Positions 39,559-49,974 are shown, counted from the whole stretch's first letter. The stretch: DNA of 59,440 nucleotides, filler included, from 4 parts of 4 records of this genome joined end to end with filler, not necessarily neighbours in it; one strand, 5' to 3'. Notes: generated from the letters alone by a model not told the origin. Translations and numbers: made by a program.

Positions 39559-42261
39559 ATGAAGCAGATAAAGTATTGGCTGGTCTCGGCATTTTGCATG
39601 GCCTCTTTTTCAACTACAATGGCGCAGAATACCTATTGGAGCAGAGTGGAAAAAAGAGAATCGACTTTGGGTGTAGCCGATGTCTATCAAAAATTTGAAA
39701 CTCCTGACTTTAAGTTAAAATTGGTAAGGGCATCACAAACTGTTGCAGCATTGAGCCCTAATAGCGACCCTTATTTTGACTTTACTCCCGGCGACCGCTT
39801 GGAAATAAGGGACAAGGACAGTCTTTATCACTTGGGAGACATCAACCTACGTATAAAAGAGGCAAACGGAATTTGGAAAAGCTATTCCACGGCCACCAGT
39901 AGGGCAAAAGTGGAACCATTGGAAACCGTCGGGAATGTTTTGGCAGCCGCTGACTTGGCCAATACTCTGCCAACTGACATACCAGTTATCATCAGAAGAT
40001 ACTACGAATTGGACAATGACCAATTGGTCATGCGTTTTGAAATTACCAATAAACAAGACAAACCATTGGAAATAGGAGCATTGGGAGTTCCAATGGTGTT
40101 TAATAACATTCTTGAAGGCAAGTCCTTAGTGGAAACCCATGCCCAAAACGTCTTTTTTGACCCCTATATTGGTAAAGATGCAGGGTATCTTGAGGTAAAA
40201 AGGTTGAGCGGGAGAGGTCCGGCCTTATTAGTGCTGCCCAAGGAAAATATGTCTTTTGAAGCTTATCGACCATTATTGGACGATCCCACTCCCAAAAGCA
40301 TCGTCTTCGAAGGATTCCACGAGTGGATGGCATACAGCAAAGCGTATTCCGAAAACGAATGGAAAGGAGTGGAGCAATGGAATGAACCGACTTCGCTTGT
40401 TCTTCAACCAAACGAAACCAAAAGCTTTGCCTTAAAATTTGTAGTTACCGAAGGAATCAAGAATATACAAGAGACACTTGTCAAGGAAAAGCACCCTGTT
40501 GCGGTCGGCGTTCCAGGGTATGTACTTCCGCAAGATGTTGAAGGTCAATTATTCATCGATTACAACAAAGGAGTTGCTTCCATAACGGTTGAACCCACCG
40601 GAGCATTGGAAATTAAAGAAAATGGCACTACTGCCTTGGGAAAGAAAAAATACCATGTCCAAGGAAAAAAATGGGGCAGGGCCAGACTTACCATCACCTA
40701 TACTGATGATACGGAACAGACCATCAACTATAAAATCATTAAACCGGAGACAGAGGTTATTGAAGATTTCGGACATTTTCTGACTACGGAACAATGGTTT
40801 GATGACCCCAATGACCCATTCGGACGAAACCCATCACCAATAAGCTATGATTACGAGAAAAAGGAAAAGGTAGTTCAAGATGGTAGGGTTTGGATCAGCG
40901 GATTGAGCGATGAAGGTGGAGCAGGTAGTTGGTTGGCAGCTGTTATGAAGCAATTGGTTCAACCGGACAAGGACGAAATCCAGAAGTTGCAAGGTTTTGT
41001 GGATGAAACACTGTGGGGAGGAATCCAGAATAATGAAGGACCTAACAAGTATGGAGTCAAAAAGAGCTTGTTTTATTACGAACCCGACTCTTTGCCCAAA
41101 GGCACGTATAGTGATAAAATCAATTTTGATACTTGGGCGGCATGGGATCATAAGCATGCCAATAATCCCGGAAGATCCTATAACTATCCCCATGTAGCGG
41201 CCGCATATTGGGTAATGTACCGTTTGTCCCGTTACTATAAAGATTTGGTGGATAACAGGTCTTGGGATTGGTATTTGCAAAATGCCTATCACACCAGCGT
41301 AGCCATGGTGGAGCAAGCACCGTATTATGCCCAGTTCGGACAAATGGAGGGCTCGGTGTTCCTATTTATTTTGGAAGACCTGAAGCACGAAGGGCTAACC
41401 GAAATGGCCTCGGATTTGGAAGCAAGAATGAAAGAGCGGGCCGACCATTGGCGGGCATTGGATTACCCTTTTGGCAGCGAAATGCCATGGGATTCCACTG
41501 GACAAGAGGAAGTGTATATGTGGTCCAGTTATTTTGGATATGACCGAAAGGCCTATGTTACACTTAGTGCCATTTTGGCCTATATGCCAACAATGCCTCA
41601 TTGGGGCTATAATGGTAATGCCAGAAGATATTGGGACTTTTTGTACGGTGGAAAAGCCGGGGAAACTTCACGGGTGGAACGCCAAATCCATCATTATGGG
41701 TCTTCATTGAATGCCATACCCGTTTTGAGTCATTATCGAAAGGATCCCGAAGACTTATATCTTTTAAAAGTGGGTTACGGAGGTTTGTTGGGAGGAATTT
41801 CAAATATTACACAAGATGGCTTCGGACCGGCCGCATTCCATTCATACCCTTCGACTTTAAAAATCGACGGTATTTCAGGTGATTATGGCTCCGGGTTTTA
41901 TGGATATGCCGTAAATACATCATCCTATCTTACCAAAGATGAGGATATGGGATGGTTGGCCTTTGGGGGAAATCTATCCCAAAAAGAAGCTTTTATAGAA
42001 TTGGAACCCACCACAGCAGCAAGGTCCAGAGTATTCATAGCTCCCAAAAAGCTTTGGCTAACCTTGGATGCAGGTTCGTTTAAAAAAGTGGTCTACAACA
42101 ATAAAACTGGGGATGTAACCCTGACCTTGGATAGCAAAGGCACACATGTTCCTTATGCCTATTTGCGTGTGGAGGGCATGGATGTTGATTTGCCGTATAA
42201 AAAGGTCAGAGGGGCGTATCAAATCGAATTGGGGAAGAAAGAAACAGAGGTCAAACTATAA
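39559..42261 (+). CDS. DUF5695-like secreted protein (putative glycoside hydrolase)
   Basis: Signal peptide; GLSDEGGAG, RSYNYPH, PFGSEMPWDSTGQE, YNGNARRYWDF and ERQIHHYGS. Start MKQIK (39559). Confidence 0.72.
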   Translation: MKQIKYWLVSAFCMASFSTTMAQNTYWSRVEKRESTLGVADVYQKFETPDFKLKLVRASQTVAALSPNSDPYFDFTPGDRLEIRDKDSLYHLGDINLRIKEANGIWKSYSTATSRAKVEPLETVGNVLAAADLANTLPTDIPVIIRRYYELDNDQLVMRFEITNKQDKPLEIGALGVPMVFNNILEGKSLVETHAQNVFFDPYIGKDAGYLEVKRLSGRGPALLVLPKENMSFEAYRPLLDDPTPKSIVFEGFHEWMAYSKAYSENEWKGVEQWNEPTSLVLQPNETKSFALKFVVTEGIKNIQETLVKEKHPVAVGVPGYVLPQDVEGQLFIDYNKGVASITVEPTGALEIKENGTTALGKKKYHVQGKKWGRARLTITYTDDTEQTINYKIIKPETEVIEDFGHFLTTEQWFDDPNDPFGRNPSPISYDYEKKEKVVQDGRVWISGLSDEGGAGSWLAAVMKQLVQPDKDEIQKLQGFVDETLWGGIQNNEGPNKYGVKKSLFYYEPDSLPKGTYSDKINFDTWAAWDHKHANNPGRSYNYPHVAAAYWVMYRLSRYYKDLVDNRSWDWYLQNAYHTSVAMVEQAPYYAQFGQMEGSVFLFILEDLKHEGLTEMASDLEARMKERADHWRALDYPFGSEMPWDSTGQEEVYMWSSYFGYDRKAYVTLSAILAYMPTMPHWGYNGNARRYWDFLYGGKAGETSRVERQIHHYGSSLNAIPVLSHYRKDPEDLYLLKVGYGGLLGGISNITQDGFGPAAFHSYPSTLKIDGISGDYGSGFYGYAVNTSSYLTKDEDMGWLAFGGNLSQKEAFIELEPTTAARSRVFIAPKKLWLTLDAGSFKKVVYNNKTGDVTLTLDSKGTHVPYAYLRVEGMDVDLPYKKVRGAYQIELGKKETEVKL

Positions 42262-42275
42262 GCCCAAAAGGGTGA

Positions 42276-44435
42276 TTGTTGCCAATTGTGAAGGATAGGG
42301 TATTGTACATATTACTTTTTGTCATGGTCTTGGGGAATGTCTTTGGTCAAAGAAAGAAAGGTCAATTGCCTGTTGGGAAGGTGGATCCTATTCTTCCGGG
42401 TTATTTTGCGGACCCTACAATCAAAAAATTTGGGGATACATACTATATCTACGCTACCACCGACAATGAAATGTTGGCCTCAGGAGTACCCACGGTATGG
42501 TACAGCAAAGATTTTGAGCATTGGTACAACCATACCATGGAAGTTCCCTCATTGGAATCTGTTAACCTGAGAAATTTTTGGGCACCGGACATTATTGAAG
42601 GTAGTGATGGCAGGTATTACCTGTATTTTGGTAATTGCCAAGCAGGCTGCAATATTTATGGATATGTATCCAGTTCCCCAGTAGGTCCTTGGGAAAAATT
42701 GAACGAAGATGATACTCCAGTGATTGCCCACAATTATCCCAAGGAAGGGTTTCCATCATTGGATGCACAGTTTTTTACCGACTATGATGGTAAAATCTAT
42801 GCGTATTGGGGCACGTGGGTACATTATAATGGGGGCTATGCCGTGGGAGAGTTGGATAGTGAAAGTATGTCAAAAATCAAAAACCCGAAGAACATACCCT
42901 TGGAACAGACCCCAGAACCTTTTGAAGCTGCTTACCTGATGAAGAAAGGGGAAAAATACATTTTGATGTACTCTGGAGGCTCCTGTCATGATGAAACCTA
43001 CAATGTAAGATATTCTTATTCCGATAGCCCCTATGGACCGTTTACACCGGGAGCAAACAATCCCATACTTAGTTCCAATGATAGTGGAACTGTACACGGC
43101 CCTGGGCATCATTCTGTTTTGGAAGAAAATGGACGTTATTACATTGTTTACCACAAACATGATTATCCAATGACAAGGGGAGGTTTATCCCGCCAAGTAA
43201 GTGTGGATGAACTTATTTTTGAAAATGACTCCACCATACAACAAGTAGTGCCTGGAAGTAAAAAGCCGGGAAAATCAATAAAATCGAATGTTCCGGACAA
43301 TCTAGCATTGAATGCCAAGGTGTCCGCATCTTCGTTTTATCAATTGGAGTCACATGAATACGATTATGCATACCGACCATCATATGCCACTGATGGTTAC
43401 AATGCTACCATGTGGAAGGCCAGTGATAATTCTTTTCCACAAGACTTGACCATTGATTTGGGAAAGCCGACCCGTATAAAAAGGATAATGACACAATTTG
43501 AGTTCGCTGGATACTATTACCAATACAAATTGGAATATTCCTTGGATGGTAAGAATTTGGAGGTTTTCGCTGACCGTTCGAAGAACAGGGTTGCAGGCAG
43601 CCCAATGATCGATGATTCCGATGTGACTGCCCAATATATCAAACTTACAGTTTTGGATACCGAAAAAACAGGCTTATTGGCAGCAGTTTGGAACATTAAA
43701 GTATTTGGGTCTTTGTTCGATATTCCTTTGGAGATTCATGGTAAGCCATCAATTAAAGGCCCTGGAGCAAAAAGCTCTCGTCAAAAAATTATAAGCATCA
43801 ATGCTCAAGAAGTCTTTGCCAAAAAAAGCCGGGATAACTTGACCAACAAAGGAAGTATCGGTGGAATTTTTGAGAAAAAGGGAGAAGTGTCAATATATCA
43901 AAAAGACGGTGTTGCTGCATTTGATTTTAAAAAAGGAGCACTGGTGCTCGACCAACCAGTTCCAAAACGTTTGCAATGGAATGGAGCATTCACGGTGGCC
44001 ACATGGGTAAAAAACCCAGAAATATCAGCTGAGGGAGAGTGCTTGTTGTCTTGGTGCGACCGTTTTAAGTTCAATTTGGCAAACTCCTATAATGCGCTGC
44101 ATTACAACAGTGGCAATTATGGGGCCGTTGCACATTTGGATAGTCATTTTGATATGAAGTACAATAACCTTCCAACCGCTAACGAATGGCATCATATCGT
44201 GCTGACTTTTGATGGAGTAGTTGAAAAAATGTATGTCAACGGAAAACTGGACAATTCCCAGATAATGGTATTGGCCTCGCAAACCGAAAATGCCAAATTA
44301 CGGATAGGAGCTTCGGATATAGGCGAGAAGTTTTCAGGTTACATGGCGTCTTTACAGATGTACGATTATGCTCTGAACAAAATGGATATTCAAAAGCTAA
44401 TGCAAAAAACAAAACCTTCTGAAAGTAAAAACTAA
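42276..44435 (+). CDS. GH43 glycoside hydrolase with F5/8-type (CBM32-like) and LamG-like domains
   Basis: FADP, WAPD, LDAQFF, FEA and GPGHHS; NLALN..ATDG..W..IDLG; C-terminal WHHIV..MYVNG. Confidence 0.88.
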   Translation: MLPIVKDRVLYILLFVMVLGNVFGQRKKGQLPVGKVDPILPGYFADPTIKKFGDTYYIYATTDNEMLASGVPTVWYSKDFEHWYNHTMEVPSLESVNLRNFWAPDIIEGSDGRYYLYFGNCQAGCNIYGYVSSSPVGPWEKLNEDDTPVIAHNYPKEGFPSLDAQFFTDYDGKIYAYWGTWVHYNGGYAVGELDSESMSKIKNPKNIPLEQTPEPFEAAYLMKKGEKYILMYSGGSCHDETYNVRYSYSDSPYGPFTPGANNPILSSNDSGTVHGPGHHSVLEENGRYYIVYHKHDYPMTRGGLSRQVSVDELIFENDSTIQQVVPGSKKPGKSIKSNVPDNLALNAKVSASSFYQLESHEYDYAYRPSYATDGYNATMWKASDNSFPQDLTIDLGKPTRIKRIMTQFEFAGYYYQYKLEYSLDGKNLEVFADRSKNRVAGSPMIDDSDVTAQYIKLTVLDTEKTGLLAAVWNIKVFGSLFDIPLEIHGKPSIKGPGAKSSRQKIISINAQEVFAKKSRDNLTNKGSIGGIFEKKGEVSIYQKDGVAAFDFKKGALVLDQPVPKRLQWNGAFTVATWVKNPEISAEGECLLSWCDRFKFNLANSYNALHYNSGNYGAVAHLDSHFDMKYNNLPTANEWHHIVLTFDGVVEKMYVNGKLDNSQIMVLASQTENAKLRIGASDIGEKFSGYMASLQMYDYALNKMDIQKLMQKTKPSESKN

Positions 44436-44448
44436 TAGCTGTGGATAA

Positions 44449-45183
44449 TCAGATTTTAAAGATAAATCCGTCTTCCTCCACTTTTTTCTCATACTTGTCC
44501 TTATCAAAAACATAGAGGTAAGCGCCCTTTCGGGATACGCTCATATCTTTTTCGTCCAGTTTTATAAGCACATCCAAAGAATTTATCTTGTTGATAAAGT
44601 TTCGCTTGTCCAACTTCTTGTCCAAAATGGATTCGTACAGGTTTTGTAGCTGTCGCATGGTGAATTTTTCTGGGAGTAGTTCAAAGCCGATAGGTTTGCT
44701 CAAGGCACGTCTTTTTAATCGAGCTTTGGCCTTCTGAATCATTTCGTTGTGGTCAAAAATCAAGTTTGGAGCTTCTTTTATATCGAACCAATGCGCAGAA
44801 TCAATCTGAATTCCGTCAAAACGATGACTGTCTACATCGATTAGGGCAAAATAGGCGACAGAAATAGTTCGCTGCCCCGGATCTCTATCGATCTTGCTGT
44901 ATGTATGTATTTGTTCAAGGTAAATGTCGTTCAAACCGGTTAAGGTTTCCAAAACTCTCACAGCCGCCTCATCAAGGTTTTCATTTTTTTTAAGGAATCC
45001 CCCGATCAAAGACCATTTGCCCTTTTCCGGTTCAAAATTTCTTTTGATCAGTAAAATTTTCAGGTTTTCTTTGTCAAACCCAAAGATGATACAATCGACT
45101 GCTAGTAAAACCTGATCTTCTTTCTGATAATAATTGAGATGCATGTTCAGGTTTTCTGGCGCCTCCAAGTTTTCTTCAAACAT
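44449..45183 (-). CDS. Nudix-wHTH (NrtR-family) regulator, AraR-like
   Basis: AVDCIIFGF, WSLIGGF, RDP..R, L.FDH and FTMRQLQ.LYE..LDKRNF; divergent from GH51. Confidence 0.88.
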   Translation of the reverse strand: MFEENLEAPENLNMHLNYYQKEDQVLLAVDCIIFGFDKENLKILLIKRNFEPEKGKWSLIGGFLKKNENLDEAAVRVLETLTGLNDIYLEQIHTYSKIDRDPGQRTISVAYFALIDVDSHRFDGIQIDSAHWFDIKEAPNLIFDHNEMIQKAKARLKRRALSKPIGFELLPEKFTMRQLQNLYESILDKKLDKRNFINKINSLDVLIKLDEKDMSVSRKGAYLYVFDKDKYEKKVEEDGFIFKI

Positions 45184-45303
45184 TTCTTAACGTATAAATT
45201 CCGATTGCTAAAATATAAACATTTCTGAATACTGATCTTTTGGGAACTTTTTTCGATTGAAACATCTTTTTTTTTGTTTTAACCAAAAAACTTTCGTTAT
45301 TTT

Positions 45304-45326
45304 AAAAATGTAAATAAAACACTTAT
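45304..45326. promoter_or_regulatory. AraR-like operator
   Basis: AAATGT-AAATAAA-ACACTT, one mismatch from the palindrome AAGTGT-N7-ACACTT. Confidence 0.65.
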
Positions 45327-45417
45327 AAAAAAAATCCTCTCTAAGGGGTTTTAAAAAAAAGCAAATTAGGGGAGAATTTTGTTGTCTTTGACATAAAACT
45401 AAAACAGATTAAACCAA

Positions 45418-45725
45418 ATGCACATGAAAATTTTAAGGTACATTACCATTACGGCCGCCTTGTTTTTAATTACTTTTTCCAATGCACAAGACCCAATTAA
45501 GATCAGCGTTCAGGAAGAAGCCGACGCACCCATTGTCAGTAAACATATCTACGGCCATTTTGCAGAGCATCTTGGACGTTGTATTTATGAAGGACTGTAC
45601 GTTGGTGAAGAAAACAAGATCATTCCCAATACCGAGGGAGTTCGAAATGATATCATAGCGGCCTTAAAGGAGCTTGGTATACCCAATTTAAGATGGCCGG
45701 GAGGCTGTTTTGCAGATACTTATCA
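45418..45725 (+). CDS. GH51 alpha-L-arabinofuranosidase, 3' partial
   Basis: Signal peptide; [16 protein letters not shown] and [10 protein letters not shown]. Confidence 0.92.
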
Positions 45726-45825
45726 NNNNNNNNNNNNNNNNNNNNNNNNNNNNNNNNNNNNNNNNNNNNTTAATTAATTAANNNNNNNNNNNNNNNNNNN
45801 NNNNNNNNNNNNNNNNNNNNNNNNN
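45726..45825. other. Artificial contig linker
   Basis: 44 N + TTAATTAATTAA + 44 N. Confidence 0.97.
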
Positions 45826-46275
45826 GATATTTTCTTCCGGATAGATGAACAGCCATTTCCAGTCCATCGACACGACGTCGATCTCAAGCGGCTCACCGGC
45901 AATGTGATCGAGCGGCTTATAGGGATCGAGACGATGGGTATAGATCCATGTCAACGCACCAAGTGCGATGATGATCATCACCGGCACGCCCCAGATAAAA
46001 GCCTCGAACAAGGAAGAATGCTCGAATTCAGGATCGTAGTCATCAGTCTTGTCGCGCGAGGCGCGATACCGCCACGGCATGTAGACTGACATGATCAACA
46101 CCGGAACGATGATGAGCAGCATCAAAATGGTTGAAACGACCAACAGATCGCGTTCCTGCTCTGCAACCCAGCCAGCCGGGTCCAGAAGAACGAGCTGACA
46201 GCCCGACAAAAAAAGCGCCAATGGAAAAAGCAGCGCAAGTTTCCATAACTTGAGAAGGTTCACAATCGTCTTCAT
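45826..46275 (-). CDS. cyoA: Cytochrome bo3 ubiquinol oxidase subunit II, 3' partial
   Basis: Lipobox LSGC, LDPAG, LMLLIIVPV, H.LDPYKPL and VVSMDWKWLFIYPE. Confidence 0.92.
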
Positions 46276-46476
46276 TCTCTAGTCTCTCGTCCGAATTGCG
46301 CGGATCTCACGGACTGGGTTGTCATTGATATGTCCGAAGGTCACCGGCCCCAAAGTCCCGCGACGACCGTTCCCTTGCCCAGACATTCTCGTATGAACAT
46401 GTTGGACTCTGCCACGCAGTCGCCCAAATCATCAGTTGCATTACCGCATTTTGGACACAGATTTTAGTCCCCGCCC

Positions 46477-46838
46477 TGTGGCATTTTGGCACAAGGGCAG
46501 CGGCCCGTCACCTTGGCAGGCGATTTTTTACACCAAATAAGTGAAATTTTGTGCAGACCTGGCAATCATCAACCTCCCCCACAGCCGAAAACCATTACTC
46601 AAAGCATATCGCATTGACTTCGCTCAAATGTGGCGATTTCAAAAAAACAGGCGATCTTTCCTGCGCCGCCAGAAAAACGGGCCATTTCAAAGCGAACCAT
46701 TCTGACAGCTCAAGCGTATTGTTTTTCAGGAATATATGATGGCCGTCTCCTGCCGATACGAAATGGTTGCGATGCAACGACTGGTTAGACAGTTCGATTT
46801 TTTTATGCGACAATCCGCCACATGCGACAAAATGCGCA
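46477..46838. promoter_or_regulatory. Candidate RegR/PrrA/ActR boxes upstream of cyoA
   Basis: TGTGGCATTTTGGCACA (46477), TGCGACAATCCGCCACA (46806) and TGCGACAAAATGCGCA (46823) resemble GCGRC-N5-GYCGC. Confidence 0.45.
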
Positions 46839-46863
46839 TGTGTCGTTTTGAGGAGGAAACGAA

Positions 46864-47271
46864 ATGACAGGCCTGTTTTTCTTTCCCTATGTAACAAGCG
46901 CCATTGGCGTTTTGTTGGGGGTATATCTGACCAATTCAAACCGAACCTATGACCGTCGGGACTATTTCCTGCGCGCCTGCTTCATCTTTCTGATCAATCT
47001 TGTGATCTCCTATCTTCTGGAGTTTGCATTTCCTCTGGAAGCCGGCACCAATACCGATATTGCGCTGTCAACGGCATATTACATGGGTCTTGCAACCTAT
47101 GCTGTTGTTCCGGGTCTGGCCTTTGGCCGCTTCACAGCCTTTCGCGCCCGCGACATGGGCCACGACAAATCGGTCGCCTACTGGAGCGCAATCCCGTTTG
47201 TCTTCATTTATTTCATGGTCGTTCCCAGCAAGCGCGGTGACCACCACCCCTCCGCCCATCCTGCGGCCTGA
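46864..47271 (+). CDS. Hypothetical membrane protein (DUF805-like)
   Basis: R.DYF, 3-4 TM segments, R.RDMG and IPFV..Y...PS. Confidence 0.6.
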   Translation: MTGLFFFPYVTSAIGVLLGVYLTNSNRTYDRRDYFLRACFIFLINLVISYLLEFAFPLEAGTNTDIALSTAYYMGLATYAVVPGLAFGRFTAFRARDMGHDKSVAYWSAIPFVFIYFMVVPSKRGDHHPSAHPAA

Positions 47272-47308
47272 AACGATCAACATCAACCTATGAATGAGTC
47301 GCGAACAC

Positions 47309-47334
47309 GCCGGTAAAGCCCTTGCTTTACCGGC
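47309..47334 (+). terminator. Hairpin after the DUF805-like gene
   Basis: GCCGGTAAAGC-CCTT-GCTTTACCGGC followed by ATTCTT. Confidence 0.55.
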
Positions 47335-47648
47335 ATTCTTCTGCCTGCAACCGCGCCAGGGCGGTGCCTCACCGCCGCGTTTAACCTCAGTCAGTCAGAG
47401 CGGTTGCTTTTTCTGCCGACCGGCCTTTCAATGGCATCGATGAATGCGATATCCGAGCATCGTCTGGCAAAAAACCATTTAATCGTTTTAAAAAGGGATT
47501 ATAGTTGCGCCGATGGAAAGCCGCTGCTTTTCCGTTTTAATCGGTTCACGAAACTGCTCTATCGTTTCGCCATTTCGCCAAAGGACGGCGGGCAAGGCAT
47601 CCGCCTTTCGCCGGAAAGACGCTTCAAGATTTACAGGGAGCCACAGAT

Positions 47649-49274
47649 ATGAATGCCACCCTTCAGGACATCCGGGCCGCAGCTGACAGAACCAGCGCGA
47701 CCGACCTTCGCGCCGCTTTCGACGCCGATCCCGATCGTTTTTCTCACTTCAGCCTGCGCTTCGAAGACCTGCTGATGGATTTTTCAAAGACGGCGATCAA
47801 CAGCGAGGTTCTGGCGCTTCTGATGAAGCTTGCCAGGGAAACCGGCGTTGAAGAGAAACGTGAAGCCATGTTCTCCGGCGAGAAAATCAACATCACCGAA
47901 GATCGCGCGGTATTGCATACCGCGCTGCGCAACCGGGCCAATACGCCAGTTATGGTGGACGGCAAGGACGTCATGCCCGACGTCAATGCCGTGCTGGAAG
48001 CGATGGGCGCATTTGCAGAAGGCATCCGCTCCGGGACAACCAAAGGCGCGACCGGCAAGGCGTTTACCGATGTCGTCAATATCGGTATCGGCGGCTCGGA
48101 TCTCGGCCCGGCAATGACGACGCTGGCACTGGCGCCCTTCCATGACGGCCCGAAGCTGCATTATGTCTCCAATATCGACGGCGCCCATATCGCCGATACG
48201 ATCAAGGATCTCGATCCGGCAAAGACGCTGTTTATCGTCGCGTCGAAAACCTTCACCACCATTGAAACCATGACCAACGCCCGGACCGCACGCAAATTCA
48301 TTGCCGATGCGCTTGGCGAGGATGCGGTTGGCCACCACTTCTGTGCAGTGTCGACAGCACTCGACAAGGTTGCCGATTTCGGCATCGACAGCACCCGTGT
48401 TTTCGGGTTCTGGGATTGGGTCGGCGGTCGTTACTCCATCTGGTCGGCGATCGGCCTTCCGCTGATGATTGCCGTCGGTGCGGATAATTTCGGCAAGTTC
48501 CTTGATGGCGCTCATGCCATCGACAAGCACTTTCAGGAAGCACCGATCACCGAAAACCTGCCCTTCATGCTCGGCCTGATCGGATATTATCAGCGCGTTG
48601 TGCTGGATTATCCCTCGCGCGCGGTCATTCCCTATGACCAGCGCATGGCACGTTTTGCCGCCTATCTGCAGCAGCTCGACATGGAGAGCAACGGCAAGTC
48701 GGTCACGATCGGCTCCGAAGACGTGACCACGCCGACCGGGCCGATTGTCTGGGGTGAACCGGGCACCAATGGTCAGCACGCTTTCTTCCAACTTCTCCAT
48801 CAGGGCACCAATGTCATCCCGATCGAATTCATGATTGCCGCCAATGGCCACGAGGCAGACCTGCGTCACCAGCATCAGCTTTTGATGGCCAATTGCCTGG
48901 CCCAGTCCGAAGCGCTGATGAAAGGTCGCACACTGGAAGAGGCCAGGGCACAGCTTCTGGCCAAGGGCGCTGATGAGGCAGAAGCAGACAAGATCGGGCC
49001 GCACCGCGTCTTCACCGGCAACCGCCCGTCGATCACATTTGTCTATGACAGCCTGACGCCCTACGCGCTTGGCCGGATGATCGCGCTTTATGAGCACCGC
49101 GTGTTCGTCGAAGGCGCTCTGTTCGGCATTAATTCGTTTGACCAGTGGGGCGTGGAGCTTGGCAAGGAACTGGCGACAGGTCTGCTGCCGGTTGTCTCCG
49201 GCCAGGAAAGCGCTGATGGCCACGATTCCTCGACTGCTGGCCTTGTTTCGACCCTGCTTGGCATGGCGACGTAA
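47649..49274 (+). CDS. pgi: Glucose-6-phosphate isomerase
   Basis: [35 protein letters not shown] and [10 protein letters not shown]. Confidence 0.97.
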   Translation: MNATLQDIRAAADRTSATDLRAAFDADPDRFSHFSLRFEDLLMDFSKTAINSEVLALLMKLARETGVEEKREAMFSGEKINITEDRAVLHTALRNRANTPVMVDGKDVMPDVNAVLEAMGAFAEGIRSGTTKGATGKAFTDVVNIGIGGSDLGPAMTTLALAPFHDGPKLHYVSNIDGAHIADTIKDLDPAKTLFIVASKTFTTIETMTNARTARKFIADALGEDAVGHHFCAVSTALDKVADFGIDSTRVFGFWDWVGGRYSIWSAIGLPLMIAVGADNFGKFLDGAHAIDKHFQEAPITENLPFMLGLIGYYQRVVLDYPSRAVIPYDQRMARFAAYLQQLDMESNGKSVTIGSEDVTTPTGPIVWGEPGTNGQHAFFQLLHQGTNVIPIEFMIAANGHEADLRHQHQLLMANCLAQSEALMKGRTLEEARAQLLAKGADEAEADKIGPHRVFTGNRPSITFVYDSLTPYALGRMIALYEHRVFVEGALFGINSFDQWGVELGKELATGLLPVVSGQESADGHDSSTAGLVSTLLGMAT

Positions 49275-49296
49275 AGTCTGCTCGTCAGGACAGATC

Positions 49297-49333
49297 AAAC
49301 GCCGCGTCTATCTTTATAGGCGCGGCGTTTTTT
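49297..49333. terminator. Terminator after pgi, probably bidirectional
   Basis: AAACGCCGCGTCTAT-CTTT-ATAGGCGCGGCGTTT plus T run, between convergent genes. Confidence 0.8.
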
Positions 49334-49353
49334 ATTGATCTCAAAAGGTATTT

Positions 49354-49608
49354 TTAATTGTTCTGCTGATTGGCCAGTTCATACTGATAAATCAGCTTCA
49401 GGGATTTGTCTGGCTGAACCTGAAATACATTCGCGTATTTTGTGCCGAATTTGCCCGTCGTATCGATTGTGACCTTGCTGCCGACAGGTGACTTCACAAG
49501 CTTGCCGGTCTTCGGAACGGCTGTTGGATCCTTGATATATGGCTCTGCGAAAGAGGGCATTGCAGCAACGGCAACCAGAATAGCGGTCGCAATTGTCAGT
49601 TTCTTCAT
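49354..49608 (-). CDS. Small secreted protein, tandem paralog 4 (84 aa, basic)
   Basis: Signal peptide MKKLTIA...SFA; shared family motif; GGAGA-like RBS upstream. Confidence 0.8.
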   Translation of the reverse strand: MKKLTIATAILVAVAAMPSFAEPYIKDPTAVPKTGKLVKSPVGSKVTIDTTGKFGTKYANVFQVQPDKSLKLIYQYELANQQNN

Positions 49609-49734
49609 TCTACTTCTCCAAGTTTTAAAGAACATACGACCTTTACGAAACATCAAGGATTCCAGTTTCAATTAAAACGTGGTTTTGCTGTGATCGCACC
49701 GCTCACTTTGTCTTGAAGTTCTTGTGAAGACAGA

Positions 49735-49974
49735 TCAGTTCTCGTTCGTGTTCACGGGATACTGAGCGACAAGCTTCAAAGTGCGATCCGGCTGAACGCG
49801 AAAGACATTTTGATATTCCCCACCGAACTTGCCGGTACCCTGAATGGTGACTGTACTGCCAATCGGCGCTTTACTGACCTTTCCGGTCTTTGGAACTGCC
49901 GAATAGTCAATCGCATAGGCTCCAGGTGCAACCAGCAAAGCCATAGCCATGAAGATAGCCAACAATCGCATCAC
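49735..49974 (-). CDS. Small secreted protein, tandem paralog 3 (79 aa, basic)
   Basis: Signal peptide ending AYA; shared motif; AGGAGA RBS. Confidence 0.8.
   Translation of the reverse strand: MMRLLAIFMAMALLVAPGAYAIDYSAVPKTGKVSKAPIGSTVTIQGTGKFGGEYQNVFRVQPDRTLKLVAQYPVNTNEN

Noticed and set aside
47470-47550. LacI-like operators (TTTAATCGnTT twice) before pgi
   Set aside because: Short, imperfect, and no cognate regulator in view.
47784-49298. 504-aa minus-strand ORF
   Set aside because: Antisense shadow of pgi, common with GC-rich codon bias.
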